In this document: positions 39,236-49,609 of the stretch, one piece after another
Layout of the letters: the number at the start of each line of letters is the position of its first letter
Numbering within the stretch: position 1 is the stretch's first letter
DNA from: Myxococcota bacterium
Lineage (GTDB): Bacteria; Myxococcota_A; UBA796; CAJQPC01
Length of the DNA: 64,000 nt
Assembly: GCA_036012755.1 (NCBI GenBank)
Contig: DASCPX010000009.1
Location: 96,001-160,000 of the forward strand
Reading direction: 5' to 3'
Notes under the pieces: generated by a model
The model's database searches: none
Told to the model about the DNA's origin: nothing
Seen by the model: the letters and a program-made list of their open reading frames with translations, nothing else
Made by a program: the position numbers and the translations under genes

Positions 39236-40054
39236 CTACTCGCGCGTGTACTCGTTGTCGCGATCGTCGCAGACCTCTCCGGCGGCGAAGCTGACGGTGT
39301 TGCCGAGGTGCTCGTCCAGGCCGTTCTTGACGGTCGTCGCGTAGAAGTCGTCCGTGACGCCGGTGAGGGTCACGCTCGACCACATGCTGTAGAAGCGCAG
39401 CACCGTCGAGCCGTCTTCGCTCGGAAGCCAGAAGATGAGGTCGTAGCGCTGATCCCAGGTGCCGTCGCCGTCGTAGGCGCTGGCCTGGTTCGGTAGCCAG
39501 GACACCGCGACGACGGCCTTGCGTCCGTCCTCGAGTTCGACCCAGCGATAGTCGCGCTTCATGTCGAGCCAGACGTTGTTGAGGCTGTCGATCTCGATCT
39601 CGTGCGAGGTCTCCAGCGTGTCGCAGCTGCCGTCGGCGAAGCAGGCCTCGTCCGTGTCGAAGGTCTGGGCGTGGTAGACGGTCGTGCCCGACGCGATGCA
39701 GACCTGGTTCTGGTCGAGCATCAGCTCGAGCTGGGTGTCCATGTCGTCGCCGACCTCGCCGGCGACCGCCACCGGCACCTGGGCCTCCTCGTCGAAGCTG
39801 CCGGGAACGTCCAGATCGCCGAGACGGGACTCCGGGAGGCTGGGCGGCGTGACGGCGCGGTCGTCGACGTCGTCGTCGAGTGACAGCGGAAGCGTGACCA
39901 GCCAGTTCTCCAGCGACAGGGCAGCGGCCGGGAGCGCCTCCGCGCCGTCGTCGCCTGTTCCGTCGAAGTTCTCGACCATGTAGAGCGTGAGCTCTCCGAT
40001 CTCGGCGGGGGCCTCGATCGGCGGCTTGCAGGCGAAGAGTGCGGTGATGAGCAT
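39236..40054 (-). CDS. Hypothetical lipoprotein
   Basis: GGAGG RBS and MLITALFAC; strong coding bias. Confidence 0.7.
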   Translation of the reverse strand: MLITALFACKPPIEAPAEIGELTLYMVENFDGTGDDGAEALPAAALSLENWLVTLPLSLDDDVDDRAVTPPSLPESRLGDLDVPGSFDEEAQVPVAVAGEVGDDMDTQLELMLDQNQVCIASGTTVYHAQTFDTDEACFADGSCDTLETSHEIEIDSLNNVWLDMKRDYRWVELEDGRKAVVAVSWLPNQASAYDGDGTWDQRYDLIFWLPSEDGSTVLRFYSMWSSVTLTGVTDDFYATTVKNGLDEHLGNTVSFAAGEVCDDRDNEYTRE

Positions 40055-40091
40055 GCGATCCTCCAGGACCCGCCAAGCTAACCGCGGAGCT

Positions 40092-41792
40092 TCACATACG
40101 CTCCAAAGGCTCGATCCCGAGGAGATCCAGGCCGGTCTCGAGGGTCCGACTCGTGGCCTCGATGAGCGTGGTCCTCGTGACGCGGTCGTCGCCCTCGCTG
40201 TCGAGCACGCGGAGTGTTGCGTAGAAGCGGTTCAGGGTCTTCGACAGCCCAAAGAGGTAGTCGCAGAGCATGTTCGGACGGTAGGCCGACAGGGCGCTCT
40301 CGATGGCGGCGGGGAAGCGCAGGAGCGTCGTGGTGAGCTCGCGCTCCAGTGGGTGTCGGGGCGAAAACGGGTGAAGGCTCCGGTCCAGACCGCCCTTGTT
40401 CTGGATGCTGCGACAGCGGGCCAGCGAGTACATCAAGAAGGGCGCCGTGTTGCCATCGAGGGACAGCATGCGGTCCCACTCGAAGGTGACGTTGGACTGG
40501 GGGTTCTGGGAGAGGTCGGCGTAGCGGACGGCTCCGCAGCCGATGGCCTCTGAGATCGCGGCCCGCTCCTCCTCCGACAGCTGCGAGGACTTCGCGTCGA
40601 CGACCTCGCGAGCCCTCCGCGCCGCCTCGTCGAGCACGTCCTTGAGGCGGATGACGTTGCCCTCGCGAGAGGACATCGCCCCCTCGGGCAGGCTGAGCAG
40701 GCCGAACCAGACATGCTGCAGGACCCCGTCATCGACCCAGCCGAGCTTCTTGCAGGCGGCGAAGAGCTGGCGGAAGTGGTGCTGCTGGCGGGTGTCGGTG
40801 ACGTAGATGATCTCGACCGGCTCCCACTCCCGCATCCGCAGACGCACCGTCGCGAGGTCCGTGGTGCCGTAGAGGGCAGCGCCGTCGGCCTTGCGGATGA
40901 GCATCGGCTTGTCGCCGAGGCCCTTGCCGTCGGCCTTGTCGAAGGGAATGACGACCGCGCCCCGGCTGTGCTCGGCGACGCCGCTCTCGAGCAGCTCCTC
41001 CACCAGGGGCTGGAGCTCTGCGTCGTAGTGGGACTCGCCATAGGTCACGTCGAAGGAGATGCCGAGCCGGTCGTAGAGGACATCGAACTCCTTCATCGAG
41101 GCACCGATGAAGCGGGTCCAGAGCGCCCGGTTGCCCGCGTCACCGGCCTGGAGCTTCGCCGTCTCCTCCCGCGCCCGCGCTTGCATCTCGTCGGTCGCGT
41201 CCTGCGAGAACCGCACGTAGATGCGCTCGAGCTCGCCGATGGGATCGGCGTCGAAGGCAACCTCGTCGACCCACTCGTGCCAGGCGACGATGAGCTTGCC
41301 GAACTGGGTGCCCCAGTCTCCGATGTGGTTGTCGGCGACGACCTCGTGTCCGGCGAAGCGGTGCAGGCGGTCCAAGGCGGCGCCGATGACCGTGGAGCGC
41401 AGGTGGCCAACATGCATGCGCTTGGCGACGTTCGGCGAGGAGTAGTCGATCACGACGCAGCCGGAGCGCTCCGAGACGCCCATGCGCGGGGAGAGGAGCT
41501 GCTCGACCAGAGCCGCCCCGAGGAACTCGTCGCTCAACGTCAGGTTGATGAAGCCCGGTCCGGCCACCTCTGTGCCGCGGATCGCTGGATGGTCGGCCAG
41601 CAGGGCGTTGACCTGCTCCGCGATCTGCCGCGGTGCCTTCCTCGCGACCTTGGCCAGGCGGAAGGCCCCGTTCCACTGGTAGTCGCCATGAGCGCTGGCC
41701 TTCGTGGCCTGGACGTGGTCGATCGAGGCGTCGATTCCCGCCGCCGTGACCGCATCCTGGATGAGCTGAGTGAGGGTCTGGACCAGTGCCAT
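40092..41792 (-). CDS. argS: Arginine--tRNA ligase
   Basis: HGDYQ, AGPGFIN, DYSSPNVAK.MHVGHLRS, NHIGDWGTQFG, MSSREG, GNTAPF and LGIEPLERM. Confidence 0.97.
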   Translation of the reverse strand: MALVQTLTQLIQDAVTAAGIDASIDHVQATKASAHGDYQWNGAFRLAKVARKAPRQIAEQVNALLADHPAIRGTEVAGPGFINLTLSDEFLGAALVEQLLSPRMGVSERSGCVVIDYSSPNVAKRMHVGHLRSTVIGAALDRLHRFAGHEVVADNHIGDWGTQFGKLIVAWHEWVDEVAFDADPIGELERIYVRFSQDATDEMQARAREETAKLQAGDAGNRALWTRFIGASMKEFDVLYDRLGISFDVTYGESHYDAELQPLVEELLESGVAEHSRGAVVIPFDKADGKGLGDKPMLIRKADGAALYGTTDLATVRLRMREWEPVEIIYVTDTRQQHHFRQLFAACKKLGWVDDGVLQHVWFGLLSLPEGAMSSREGNVIRLKDVLDEAARRAREVVDAKSSQLSEEERAAISEAIGCGAVRYADLSQNPQSNVTFEWDRMLSLDGNTAPFLMYSLARCRSIQNKGGLDRSLHPFSPRHPLERELTTTLLRFPAAIESALSAYRPNMLCDYLFGLSKTLNRFYATLRVLDSEGDDRVTRTTLIEATSRTLETGLDLLGIEPLERM

Positions 41793-41811
41793 CTCGTCCT
41801 CCGGGCGCGAA

Positions 41812-42477
41812 CTAATCCCGAGCCTCGCAGAGGTCCATGAGCTCGGCGCGAATCTCCTCGCCCGGCTCGAGTCTCTCGGCCAGCGGGCCGGTGCTCAGGC
41901 GAGCACAGACCTTCTCGGGACCGAGTCCCCTCGCCGTCTGGTGGCTGAGGCGCCGCAGGCCCTCGATGCAGTCGAGCGGATCGGCTGCGCCCTCGCAGCG
42001 GTCCGGGTTCGCCGGGAGATCCGCGGCGCGGCCAGCGACGAACCACTCCTGCCAGAAGATGAAGCGGGCGTCCGGTGCCCGCCGGATGTCGACGAGCCTG
42101 CCCGCAACGACCGAGGCGGAGGCAGCGTCCTCCATGACGGCGCCGCGAGCCTCGTCTCGGATCAAGTGGAAGCTGCACTCCCTCGCAAAGCTGCTGTCGT
42201 GGCAGGCGTCAACCCCGGCGCGAAGGTCCTCGACCGCGAGCGCCTCGGCCGCCATGAAGACACACTCGTCCCGCCACAGGGCCGCAGTCAGGGCGCGGCA
42301 GCCCTCGAGGTCCGGACCGTGCTGCGAGAGAGCTGCGGCCGAACACTCGCCGGCGACGAAGCCGTCATCGATCTGCCGGCACTGCTCCAGGGCCACCTCG
42401 AGGCCCCCTGCTGCCAGCGCCGCGGTGAAGCGCTCCGCCTCGGTGGGCTCGGCGCATGCGAACAACGACAGCAGCAC
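41812..42477 (-). CDS. Hypothetical Cys-rich lipoprotein
   Basis: MLLSLFAC and repeated C-x9/10-C helical motifs. Confidence 0.62.
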   Translation of the reverse strand: MLLSLFACAEPTEAERFTAALAAGGLEVALEQCRQIDDGFVAGECSAAALSQHGPDLEGCRALTAALWRDECVFMAAEALAVEDLRAGVDACHDSSFARECSFHLIRDEARGAVMEDAASASVVAGRLVDIRRAPDARFIFWQEWFVAGRAADLPANPDRCEGAADPLDCIEGLRRLSHQTARGLGPEKVCARLSTGPLAERLEPGEEIRAELMDLCEARD

Positions 42478-43068
42478 TCAGACGCTCGGCCGGGGCAGGA
42501 CGATCTCCTCGCCGAGCAGCGAGTAGCTGCCTCCGAGGCGCGCCACCGGGGCGAGGTCCGCCGCTCGGACGCGCCCGTCGACCACCAGGGAGTCGTCGAG
42601 CTCGTAGGCGGTGATCTCCAGCAGGAAGAGGTGGGTGCTCCCGAGGTCTTGCGCCGAGTAGACGCGGCAGTCCAAGCGCACTCGCGCCGCCGCCACCCCT
42701 GGCGCTCCGTTTCCGGCTTCGACGGACTCGATGCCGAGGGCCTCGAACTCGCTGACCTCGGGCGGGTGGGGTGCCGAGGAGTCGTGCATGAGCTGGAGCA
42801 GTGGGGCGCTGACGATGTTGACCGTGCAGACCTCTGTCTGCAGCAGGTTGGTGCAGGTGTCCTTGAGCGCACCGCCCCGACCCCGAGCGATCGAGACGGC
42901 CACCAGCGGGGGATCGCTCGAGACGCCCATGAAGTAGGAAAAAGGCGCGAGGTTGTCGACACCCTCGGGACAGCGGGTGCCGACCCAGGCGATGGGCCGG
43001 GGGACCAGTACCGAGGTCATGAGAAAATAGGTGGCCTTCTTGTCCAGGCTGGTCGCTTCGATGTGCAT
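42478..43068 (-). CDS. Flavin reductase family protein
   Basis: VLVPRPIAWV, NLAPFSYF, KDT..N and PVARLGG.Y. Confidence 0.9.
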   Translation of the reverse strand: MHIEATSLDKKATYFLMTSVLVPRPIAWVGTRCPEGVDNLAPFSYFMGVSSDPPLVAVSIARGRGGALKDTCTNLLQTEVCTVNIVSAPLLQLMHDSSAPHPPEVSEFEALGIESVEAGNGAPGVAAARVRLDCRVYSAQDLGSTHLFLLEITAYELDDSLVVDGRVRAADLAPVARLGGSYSLLGEEIVLPRPSV

Positions 43069-43360
43069 GCTGACAATCGCCCTATCGTGTCTCGGCCTTG
43101 GTTCCGACACGCCTGCCCCAGAGGGCACTCCGGCTGCCGAGGGAATGGAGCACCTTCGAGAGGTTCGCGCCGCGACCGCCGATATCGAGGAGCCGATGAT
43201 GAGGGTGGAAACACTGCTTTCCGAGCTCCGGGGAGGCGAGCGCGACCGAGAGGAGGTCCTCGCCGAACTGCGCATCGCCCTGGCAGAGGCCCAGGCCGTG
43301 GACGCCCGGCTGTCAGAGTCCCTGGATGAAGCCGAGGCCGCGTTGCTGACATCCCCCTGA
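43067..43360 (+). CDS. Small hypothetical coiled-coil protein
   Basis: Hydrophobic N-terminus with LSC and heptad-rich helices; start uncertain. Confidence 0.45.
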   Translation: MLTIALSCLGLGSDTPAPEGTPAAEGMEHLREVRAATADIEEPMMRVETLLSELRGGERDREEVLAELRIALAEAQAVDARLSESLDEAEAALLTSP

Positions 43361-43399
43361 CGCTCGTTCTATCGTGCGCTCCCCCCGAGGAGACAAACC

Positions 43400-43941
<542 letters not shown>

Positions 43942-43945
<4 letters not shown>

Positions 43946-44144
43946 TGCCCCTCGGCAGAAGTCGCGACGCGCCTTCCACCGGTGCCTTCGGCGCGCGCCG
44001 CGGCGCGGCGCTGGAGCACTCGTTTCCCTCCCGGGGGGCCCTGCCCCCCGGGCCTACGGCCCTCCCCCCGGCGGCCCGCTGCGCGTGCCGTCGTTCACCC
44101 CGTCGCAGCCCCGACTACGTCGGACTCGCGCCGGAGAGAACTAG
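43942..44144. mobile_element. MITE-like element, long copy, flanked by CTAG
   Basis: CTAG at both ends and imperfect terminal inverted repeats; both ends are shared with 53651-53720; internal GC hairpin. Confidence 0.7.
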
Positions 44145-44153
44145 AGGCCCACG

Positions 44154-44519
44154 ATGCTGATAATGCTCCTGGCCCTGACGGCCGGCTGTAGCGACAAGGA
44201 CAGCGCCACGGACAGCGGCGGCGCCGACGTCCAGGCCATCGCAGACGCGAACTGCGGCGACAACTGCCACACCGGCGGCTCCGCCAGCGGCGGGCTGGCT
44301 CTGGACGACTTCGCCGGAAGCACCGTGAGCGTCCCCTCCCAGGACGTACCGGAGATGAACCGCGTCGAGCCCGGCGACCTCGACAACAGCTACCTCTGGC
44401 ACAAGCTCGAGGGCACCCACGTCGATGTCGGCGGCGACGGCTCCGAGATGCCACTCGGCCAGACCCTCTCTGACGACGACCGCAGCGCCATCCAGGAGTG
44501 GATCGAGGACGCGGGCTAG
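44154..44519 (+). CDS. c-type cytochrome lipoprotein, paralog of the upstream gene, with CxxxCH motif
   Basis: TAGC lipobox; CGDNCH; VEPG...SYLWHKL..T..DVGG.G..MP shared with 43400-43945. Confidence 0.78.
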   Translation: MLIMLLALTAGCSDKDSATDSGGADVQAIADANCGDNCHTGGSASGGLALDDFAGSTVSVPSQDVPEMNRVEPGDLDNSYLWHKLEGTHVDVGGDGSEMPLGQTLSDDDRSAIQEWIEDAG

Positions 44520-44523
44520 AGAC

Positions 44524-45147
44524 CTAGGAACTCAAAGCGTCGAGCGCCTCCCGCAGGCGCCTGACGTGTCCGATGAGGACCCCGGGCGCAAGCAGGCTCA
44601 TCCGGTCGTCCTCTGGCAGCGCTCCGTGCACGTGGACGCGCCGAAGGGGCTCGGCGTGGTCCTCGCTCGAGAGCGTCATGCCGCCCAGGGGCCCGATGCT
44701 GAGCATGGCGTGTGAGTCTTCGATGGGCAGGGCGGGGACCTCGAGGTAGGCCTCGACGCTGGGGGCGACACAGAAGACCACCGAGCGCTCCGCCTTGCCG
44801 GGCACATCGAAGGTCTTCGCGAGAGAGATGAGGGCGGCGACGGGAGCCGCGCTGCGGGCGGCGCCGTGGCCCTCGTCGAGGGCGAGCACGACGACTGGAC
44901 TCGACTGGTCCCCGTCGACGAGCCCGCAGACGACGTCCTCGCGCACGTAGGCGCTTCCGAACCCGGGCAGCGTGTGCATCCGCTCGAGCCGTTGCTGGAT
45001 ACGCGCCTGTCGGTCCGGCGGCTCACCCTCCAGCATGTAGAGGTCGCGCCGGATGTCCTCTTCGCTGAGGGCGTCGAGGCCGCCCTTGGCCATATCGATG
45101 CCGAGCTGCTCCGCGGGGCAGGCGAGGAGCAGGAGCAGGCTCAGCAT
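44524..45147 (-). CDS. Hypothetical lipoprotein (degenerate M28-peptidase-like fold possible)
   Basis: MLSLLLLLAC; SA..VAALISLAK...RSVVF resembles the M28 core without clear metal ligands. Confidence 0.5.
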   Translation of the reverse strand: MLSLLLLLACPAEQLGIDMAKGGLDALSEEDIRRDLYMLEGEPPDRQARIQQRLERMHTLPGFGSAYVREDVVCGLVDGDQSSPVVVLALDEGHGAARSAAPVAALISLAKTFDVPGKAERSVVFCVAPSVEAYLEVPALPIEDSHAMLSIGPLGGMTLSSEDHAEPLRRVHVHGALPEDDRMSLLAPGVLIGHVRRLREALDALSS

Positions 45148-46382
45148 CCGTAGGCCTTCCGCACGGCCTCGTCGAGGCCCTCCTGGTCCGCAGCCCGGGC
45201 GGCATCGGCGATGCCCGCGGTGCGCGCTGGCCATGGCAGACGGTGGAGCTCCACCGCCTTCACCCTCGGCGCCGGAAAGCGAGCTCCATACCAGGCGTTG
45301 ACCGGCGCGGAGTTGAGCAGGCCGCAGAGCAGCCAGGAATCCTCTGCCCCTTCGCTGACGTAGCAGGAGTCCAGCGGGTAGCGACGCTCGGTGTCCACAG
45401 CGCAGCGCAGGGTGCGCCCGGAGGTCCCGGCCAGCACCACCTTGTCCGGCACGTCGAAGAGCGCGCGGGACTTGGGGGCGACATAGGGGCGGCGCGCCAG
45501 CATCTCCCGAGGACGGTACCGGAGCCACTCGCGAGATTCCGCGATGTGAAAGCGACGGACCTCTCTCCCCCTGCAGGTGCGGACATCGCCGATGGTGGGC
45601 GGTCCTTTGTGGAGCCACTCGCGGTAGCTGCCGCAGACCACTCCCATGCGCAGCCTGAGGTGCTCTCCCAGCAGGCTCCCACCCTCGAGGATCGGCACCT
45701 CGTCCTCCATCGAGAAGACACCGTCGACGAGGCGCACCAACCCCTCCTCCACCAGACCCTCGGCGTCCAGGCGCCCGCGCCGGTGGCGAGCCCGTGGGTC
45801 GATGACGAGCAGGACCGTGCCGATCGTGGCCTCGAAGGCCTTCTTCGGGAGCCGAGCGACGAGGTCGAGGTGCGGATCGACGTGCTCGCGAAAGGCGGCG
45901 TAGGAGGACAGCGAGAGCCAGGTGTCGGCGAGCACGATGGCGACACGAGGCGACAGCTGCAGCATTCGCTCGACGAAGGGGGCGTAGAGGTCGACCTTGT
46001 CCGTCGCAGTGGAGAAGGTCCAGGCGCGAGCTCGCTGCTCTGGAGCCAGGTTCTGTGGCCGGACGTAGGGTGGATTGCCCACGACGAGGTCAGCGCGGCT
46101 GTCGTCGAGGACCAGCGCGTCTCGCACCTCGAGGGTGGCGGAGGGCACACGGGTCCTTGCTGCCGCGATGGCGGCCGGGGCTATGTCCCAGCCCCAAAGC
46201 CGCAGGCGGGGGTTGCGCCGGTGGACAGCCTGGAGCCAGCGGCCGTCACCGCAAGCCGGGTCGAGCACCGTGCCTTCGTCCGGAAGCTCGATCGTGTCCA
46301 GCGCGCGCTCGACGAGCCACTCCGGCGTGGGCCACTGGCCCAGGCCCTTGGGGTCGGTGATCCAGTCAGTCGAGGTAGCCAT
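45141..46382 (-). CDS. N6-adenine DNA methyltransferase, gamma class (TaqI/Eco57I-like)
   Basis: GQWPTP, LDPACGDG, VGNPPY and DLYAPF; C-terminal TRD with LCGLLNS. Confidence 0.88.
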   Translation of the reverse strand: MATSTDWITDPKGLGQWPTPEWLVERALDTIELPDEGTVLDPACGDGRWLQAVHRRNPRLRLWGWDIAPAAIAAARTRVPSATLEVRDALVLDDSRADLVVGNPPYVRPQNLAPEQRARAWTFSTATDKVDLYAPFVERMLQLSPRVAIVLADTWLSLSSYAAFREHVDPHLDLVARLPKKAFEATIGTVLLVIDPRARHRRGRLDAEGLVEEGLVRLVDGVFSMEDEVPILEGGSLLGEHLRLRMGVVCGSYREWLHKGPPTIGDVRTCRGREVRRFHIAESREWLRYRPREMLARRPYVAPKSRALFDVPDKVVLAGTSGRTLRCAVDTERRYPLDSCYVSEGAEDSWLLCGLLNSAPVNAWYGARFPAPRVKAVELHRLPWPARTAGIADAARAADQEGLDEAVRKAYGC

Positions 46383-47367
46383 GGTCCCGGAACCAGCGCC
46401 AGGCCTTCTCGACCGAGACGTTCAGTGGGGTCGCGGGCAGGCCCAGCGTATCGCGCGCCAGGGCCGCCGAGCGATAGCGCGGCATACCCATCGACCGGAG
46501 CACGTAGCGGTTCAAGCCGACGAAGCGGTGCGCGTCGAAGCGGGAGCCGACAGCACCCACGAGCCCGGCCAGCTCTGCGAGCGTGCGGGGCAGCGGAACG
46601 ATCGGAGGCCGGCGACCGACGACCTCGGCGATGATCCCCATGAAGTCCCGGTAGCTGTGGTTCTCGTTGCCGAGCAGGTATCGCCGTCCGGGCTGGCCCT
46701 TCTCCATCGCGAGGATGTGGCCCAGTGCGCAGTCGTCCGCGTCCTGGAAGCACTTGCCGCCCTTCGGGTAGACCGGGACCCAGCGCCTGGCCATCGTCAG
46801 CACCATCTGCCCGCTGGTCGGCTTGATGTCCCAGGCGCCCAGGATGAAGTCGGGGTTCACGATGACCGCCTCGACGCCCTCTGCGCTGCGCACCACCTCC
46901 TCGCAGGCCAGCTTGCTGTCGTGGTACCAGCGGAGCGGCCCGTCGTGGCCGTAGATCGGGGTCGGGTCGAGCGGGGTGTCCTCGTCGCCCGGACTCTCGA
47001 GCGAGCCGAAGCCGACGGTGACGCTGGAGCTGCAGACCACGACGCGCCGAGCACCGACCTTGTGCGCGGCCTGCAGCAGGTTCCGGGTGCCGTCGACGTG
47101 GACCGCGTACATCAGCTCGCGACCCTTGGGGCTGGTGTCGAAGACCCCAGCGAGGTGGTAGACCTCCTCGACCCCTTCCATCGCACGAGCGAGGGCCTCG
47201 ACATCGGACAGCGGAGCCTGTGAGGTCGTGATCGGCAGCCCGTCGAGGCAGAGCCCGGGGCTCTGCTTTCGGGTCAGGCAAAGGACCTCTTGCTCGCGCT
47301 CGACGAGGTGCCGGACGAGGTTGGCGCCGAGGAAGCCGGTGCCGCCGGTGAGGAGGACCTTCTTCAA
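46366..47367 (-). CDS. NAD-dependent epimerase/dehydratase (HpnA/dihydroflavonol-reductase-like)
   Basis: LTGGTGFLG, YHLAG, YHDSK (YxxxK), GAWDIKPTSG and GRRYLLG. Confidence 0.88.
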   Translation of the reverse strand: MKKVLLTGGTGFLGANLVRHLVEREQEVLCLTRKQSPGLCLDGLPITTSQAPLSDVEALARAMEGVEEVYHLAGVFDTSPKGRELMYAVHVDGTRNLLQAAHKVGARRVVVCSSSVTVGFGSLESPGDEDTPLDPTPIYGHDGPLRWYHDSKLACEEVVRSAEGVEAVIVNPDFILGAWDIKPTSGQMVLTMARRWVPVYPKGGKCFQDADDCALGHILAMEKGQPGRRYLLGNENHSYRDFMGIIAEVVGRRPPIVPLPRTLAELAGLVGAVGSRFDAHRFVGLNRYVLRSMGMPRYRSAALARDTLGLPATPLNVSVEKAWRWFRDHGYLD

Positions 47368-47373
47368 GCGGGT

Positions 47374-48519
47374 CTAGCGACTGAAGATGTGGCGACTGAT
47401 GATGAGGCGCTGGATCTGGGAGGTGCCCTCGTAGATCTGGAAGATCTTGGCGTCACGCATGAGCTTCTCGACCGGGTACTCGCCCGAGTAGCCATAGCCT
47501 CCGAAGACCTGGACGGCGTCGGTCGTGATCTTCATGGCCGCATCAGCGCAGAAGGCCTTGGCCATGGAGCTCTCGGCGGTGTTGCGCCGCCCGGCGTCCT
47601 TCATGGCGGCTGCCTGCCAGCACAGCAGCCGGCCCGCGTCGATGTTCATCTTCATCTCGGCGATCATGAAGGCGATGGACTGGTGGGCGGCGATGGGCTT
47701 GCCGAAGGTCTTGCGCTCCGTGGCGTACTGCACCGCGTGCTCGAAGGCGGACCGGGCGACGCCTACAGCTGCCGAGGCGACCGAAGGCCGCGTGTGGTCG
47801 AAGGCCGCCATGGCCAGCTTCCAGCCATCACCGACCCGCCCGACGACGTTTTCGTCCGGCACCTCGACGTCCTCGAAGTTGATGGCGCGGGTGTCGCTGG
47901 CCCGCTGCCCCATGTTGTGCTCCTTCTTGCCGACGGTGACGCCGGCGGAGGCGCGATCGACGATGAAGGCGGTCATTCCCCCCCGGGCCTTCTTCTCCGC
48001 GTCGGTCAGCGCGACGACGAAGTACCAGTCCGCCACTCCGGCGTTGGTGATCCACATCTTGTTGCCGTTGAGGATCCACTTGTCGCCCTGCTTCACGGCG
48101 GTGGTCTTCAGCGCCTGCACGTCCGAGCCCGCGCCGGGCTCCGTGACCGCGTAGGCGCAGAGGCCGTAGTTGTCGATCATGGGCTCGAGGTACTTCTTCT
48201 TCAGCGACTCCGAGCCGCCGAGGATGACCGGCGCCTGAGCCAGGCCGTTGGCCTCCATCGCCGTGCCGATCCCTGAGCAGCCCCAAGCGAACTCCTCCGC
48301 CATGAGGACGCCCTCGAGGGCGCCCAGCGCGAGGCCGCCGTGCTGCTCTTCGAGGTGGGTGTTCATCAGACCGATCTCGTGAGCCTGCTTCAGGATCTCG
48401 TGGGGGTACTCACCGGTCTGGTCGTGGTGGACGGCGGCAGGACGGATGACGTCGCGGGCGAACTCGTGGGCGAGGGCGCGGAGGGCTTCCTGCTCTTCGC
48501 TCAGCTGGAGAAAGGACAT
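47374..48519 (-). CDS. Acyl-CoA dehydrogenase
   Basis: [27 protein letters not shown] and FGGYGY..EYPVEK.MRDAKI.QIYEGT. Confidence 0.96.
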   Translation of the reverse strand: MSFLQLSEEQEALRALAHEFARDVIRPAAVHHDQTGEYPHEILKQAHEIGLMNTHLEEQHGGLALGALEGVLMAEEFAWGCSGIGTAMEANGLAQAPVILGGSESLKKKYLEPMIDNYGLCAYAVTEPGAGSDVQALKTTAVKQGDKWILNGNKMWITNAGVADWYFVVALTDAEKKARGGMTAFIVDRASAGVTVGKKEHNMGQRASDTRAINFEDVEVPDENVVGRVGDGWKLAMAAFDHTRPSVASAAVGVARSAFEHAVQYATERKTFGKPIAAHQSIAFMIAEMKMNIDAGRLLCWQAAAMKDAGRRNTAESSMAKAFCADAAMKITTDAVQVFGGYGYSGEYPVEKLMRDAKIFQIYEGTSQIQRLIISRHIFSR

Positions 48520-48565
48520 TCGGGACTCCTTGGGAACCAAGCCCTATCCCGTCGCGTCATTGCGC

Positions 48566-49609
48566 TCACTCGAAGCAGCTCTCGGCCTCTGCCATGCCAT
48601 GGAAGGTGAGGATGTTGAAGGCCTGGATCGAGTCGAACTCCGCCACCACCGGCGCGCCCGACGGCACCGACTGGACGCTCTCGATGATCTGTTCGAGCCC
48701 GCGGACGTAGCCATCGCAGATACCGCCAGCGCCCCGCTCGTAGGACTGCACCGCCACGATCCCGAAGGCGATGACCTGCTCGAGGGTCTCGAACTCCGCC
48801 TCCACCCCCACCACACAGCCGCTCCGGGCGAGCACGGGGTACCAGCTGGCGCCACTGCCAGCGCGCATGTTCAAGAGCATCCAGTCGTTCGGGCCGATGT
48901 CCTCGACCCCATCGACGTAGCTCGCCGCCAGCGCGCTGCTGTGCTCGACGCTCCAGCGGCACAGCTCCGGCGAGGGGTCGAAGACCGTGGCGTCCTCTTC
49001 GGCCAGGGCCCGGGCCAGCTCCTTGGCCTCCACGAGGGTCAGTCCGCCGCGCTGGCGCTCCCACTTCTGGACGTTGCCAGCGTCGCGCACGATGTTCTCG
49101 ATGTGGCGGAGGACGTAGCGCTCCCGGAAGCTCTCCGCTTCGCTGGCCTTGGTCGGATCGACCTTCACCCGCCGCAGCATGCGCTCGGTGCGGTCTCGCA
49201 GCTCTGGACTCGAGCCCAGCCACCGGGCGTGGGAGTACGCCCAGTAGAGGGCGAGGAAGTCCTCGGCCGTGACGCCCTTGTCCGCAGAGAACCAGGTCTC
49301 CGCGATCACGCTGTAGCTGCCGGTGAGCACGAAGCGCGCGCCGAGGCCGTTGCCGAGCTCCTGGGCGGTGGCCGGATCGAGGAAGCCGCTCTCTGCGAGC
49401 TGCATCTCCTCCATCAAGGCAGCCAGCCGGTCGCGCTCGACGAGCTCGAGCCCCGGCACCTTCGACAGGTCCGTGACGAGCATGCCCGCCAGCGCCTTGC
49501 CGAGGCCGTCGTACTCTTCGCTGGCGGCGGCCCTGTCGAGAGGCAGGACCGCCAGGGTGCTCGCCCGGGCAGGGGCGACGAGCAGCAACAGCAGGACCAA
49601 CAGCGTCAT
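48566..49609 (-). CDS. Secreted protein with partial CsgG/TolB-N-like domain (probably internally deleted)
   Basis: LAVLPL...LGKALAGMLVTDL...LVERDRL...SGFLD..TA..LG..LGARFVLTGSY; the domain then stops abruptly. Confidence 0.6.
   Translation of the reverse strand: MTLLVLLLLLVAPARASTLAVLPLDRAAASEEYDGLGKALAGMLVTDLSKVPGLELVERDRLAALMEEMQLAESGFLDPATAQELGNGLGARFVLTGSYSVIAETWFSADKGVTAEDFLALYWAYSHARWLGSSPELRDRTERMLRRVKVDPTKASEAESFRERYVLRHIENIVRDAGNVQKWERQRGGLTLVEAKELARALAEEDATVFDPSPELCRWSVEHSSALAASYVDGVEDIGPNDWMLLNMRAGSGASWYPVLARSGCVVGVEAEFETLEQVIAFGIVAVQSYERGAGGICDGYVRGLEQIIESVQSVPSGAPVVAEFDSIQAFNILTFHGMAEAESCFE

Noticed and set aside
44524..46382. Type II restriction-modification pair
   Set aside because: The downstream gene has a lipoprotein signal and no PD-(D/E)xK or HNH motif.
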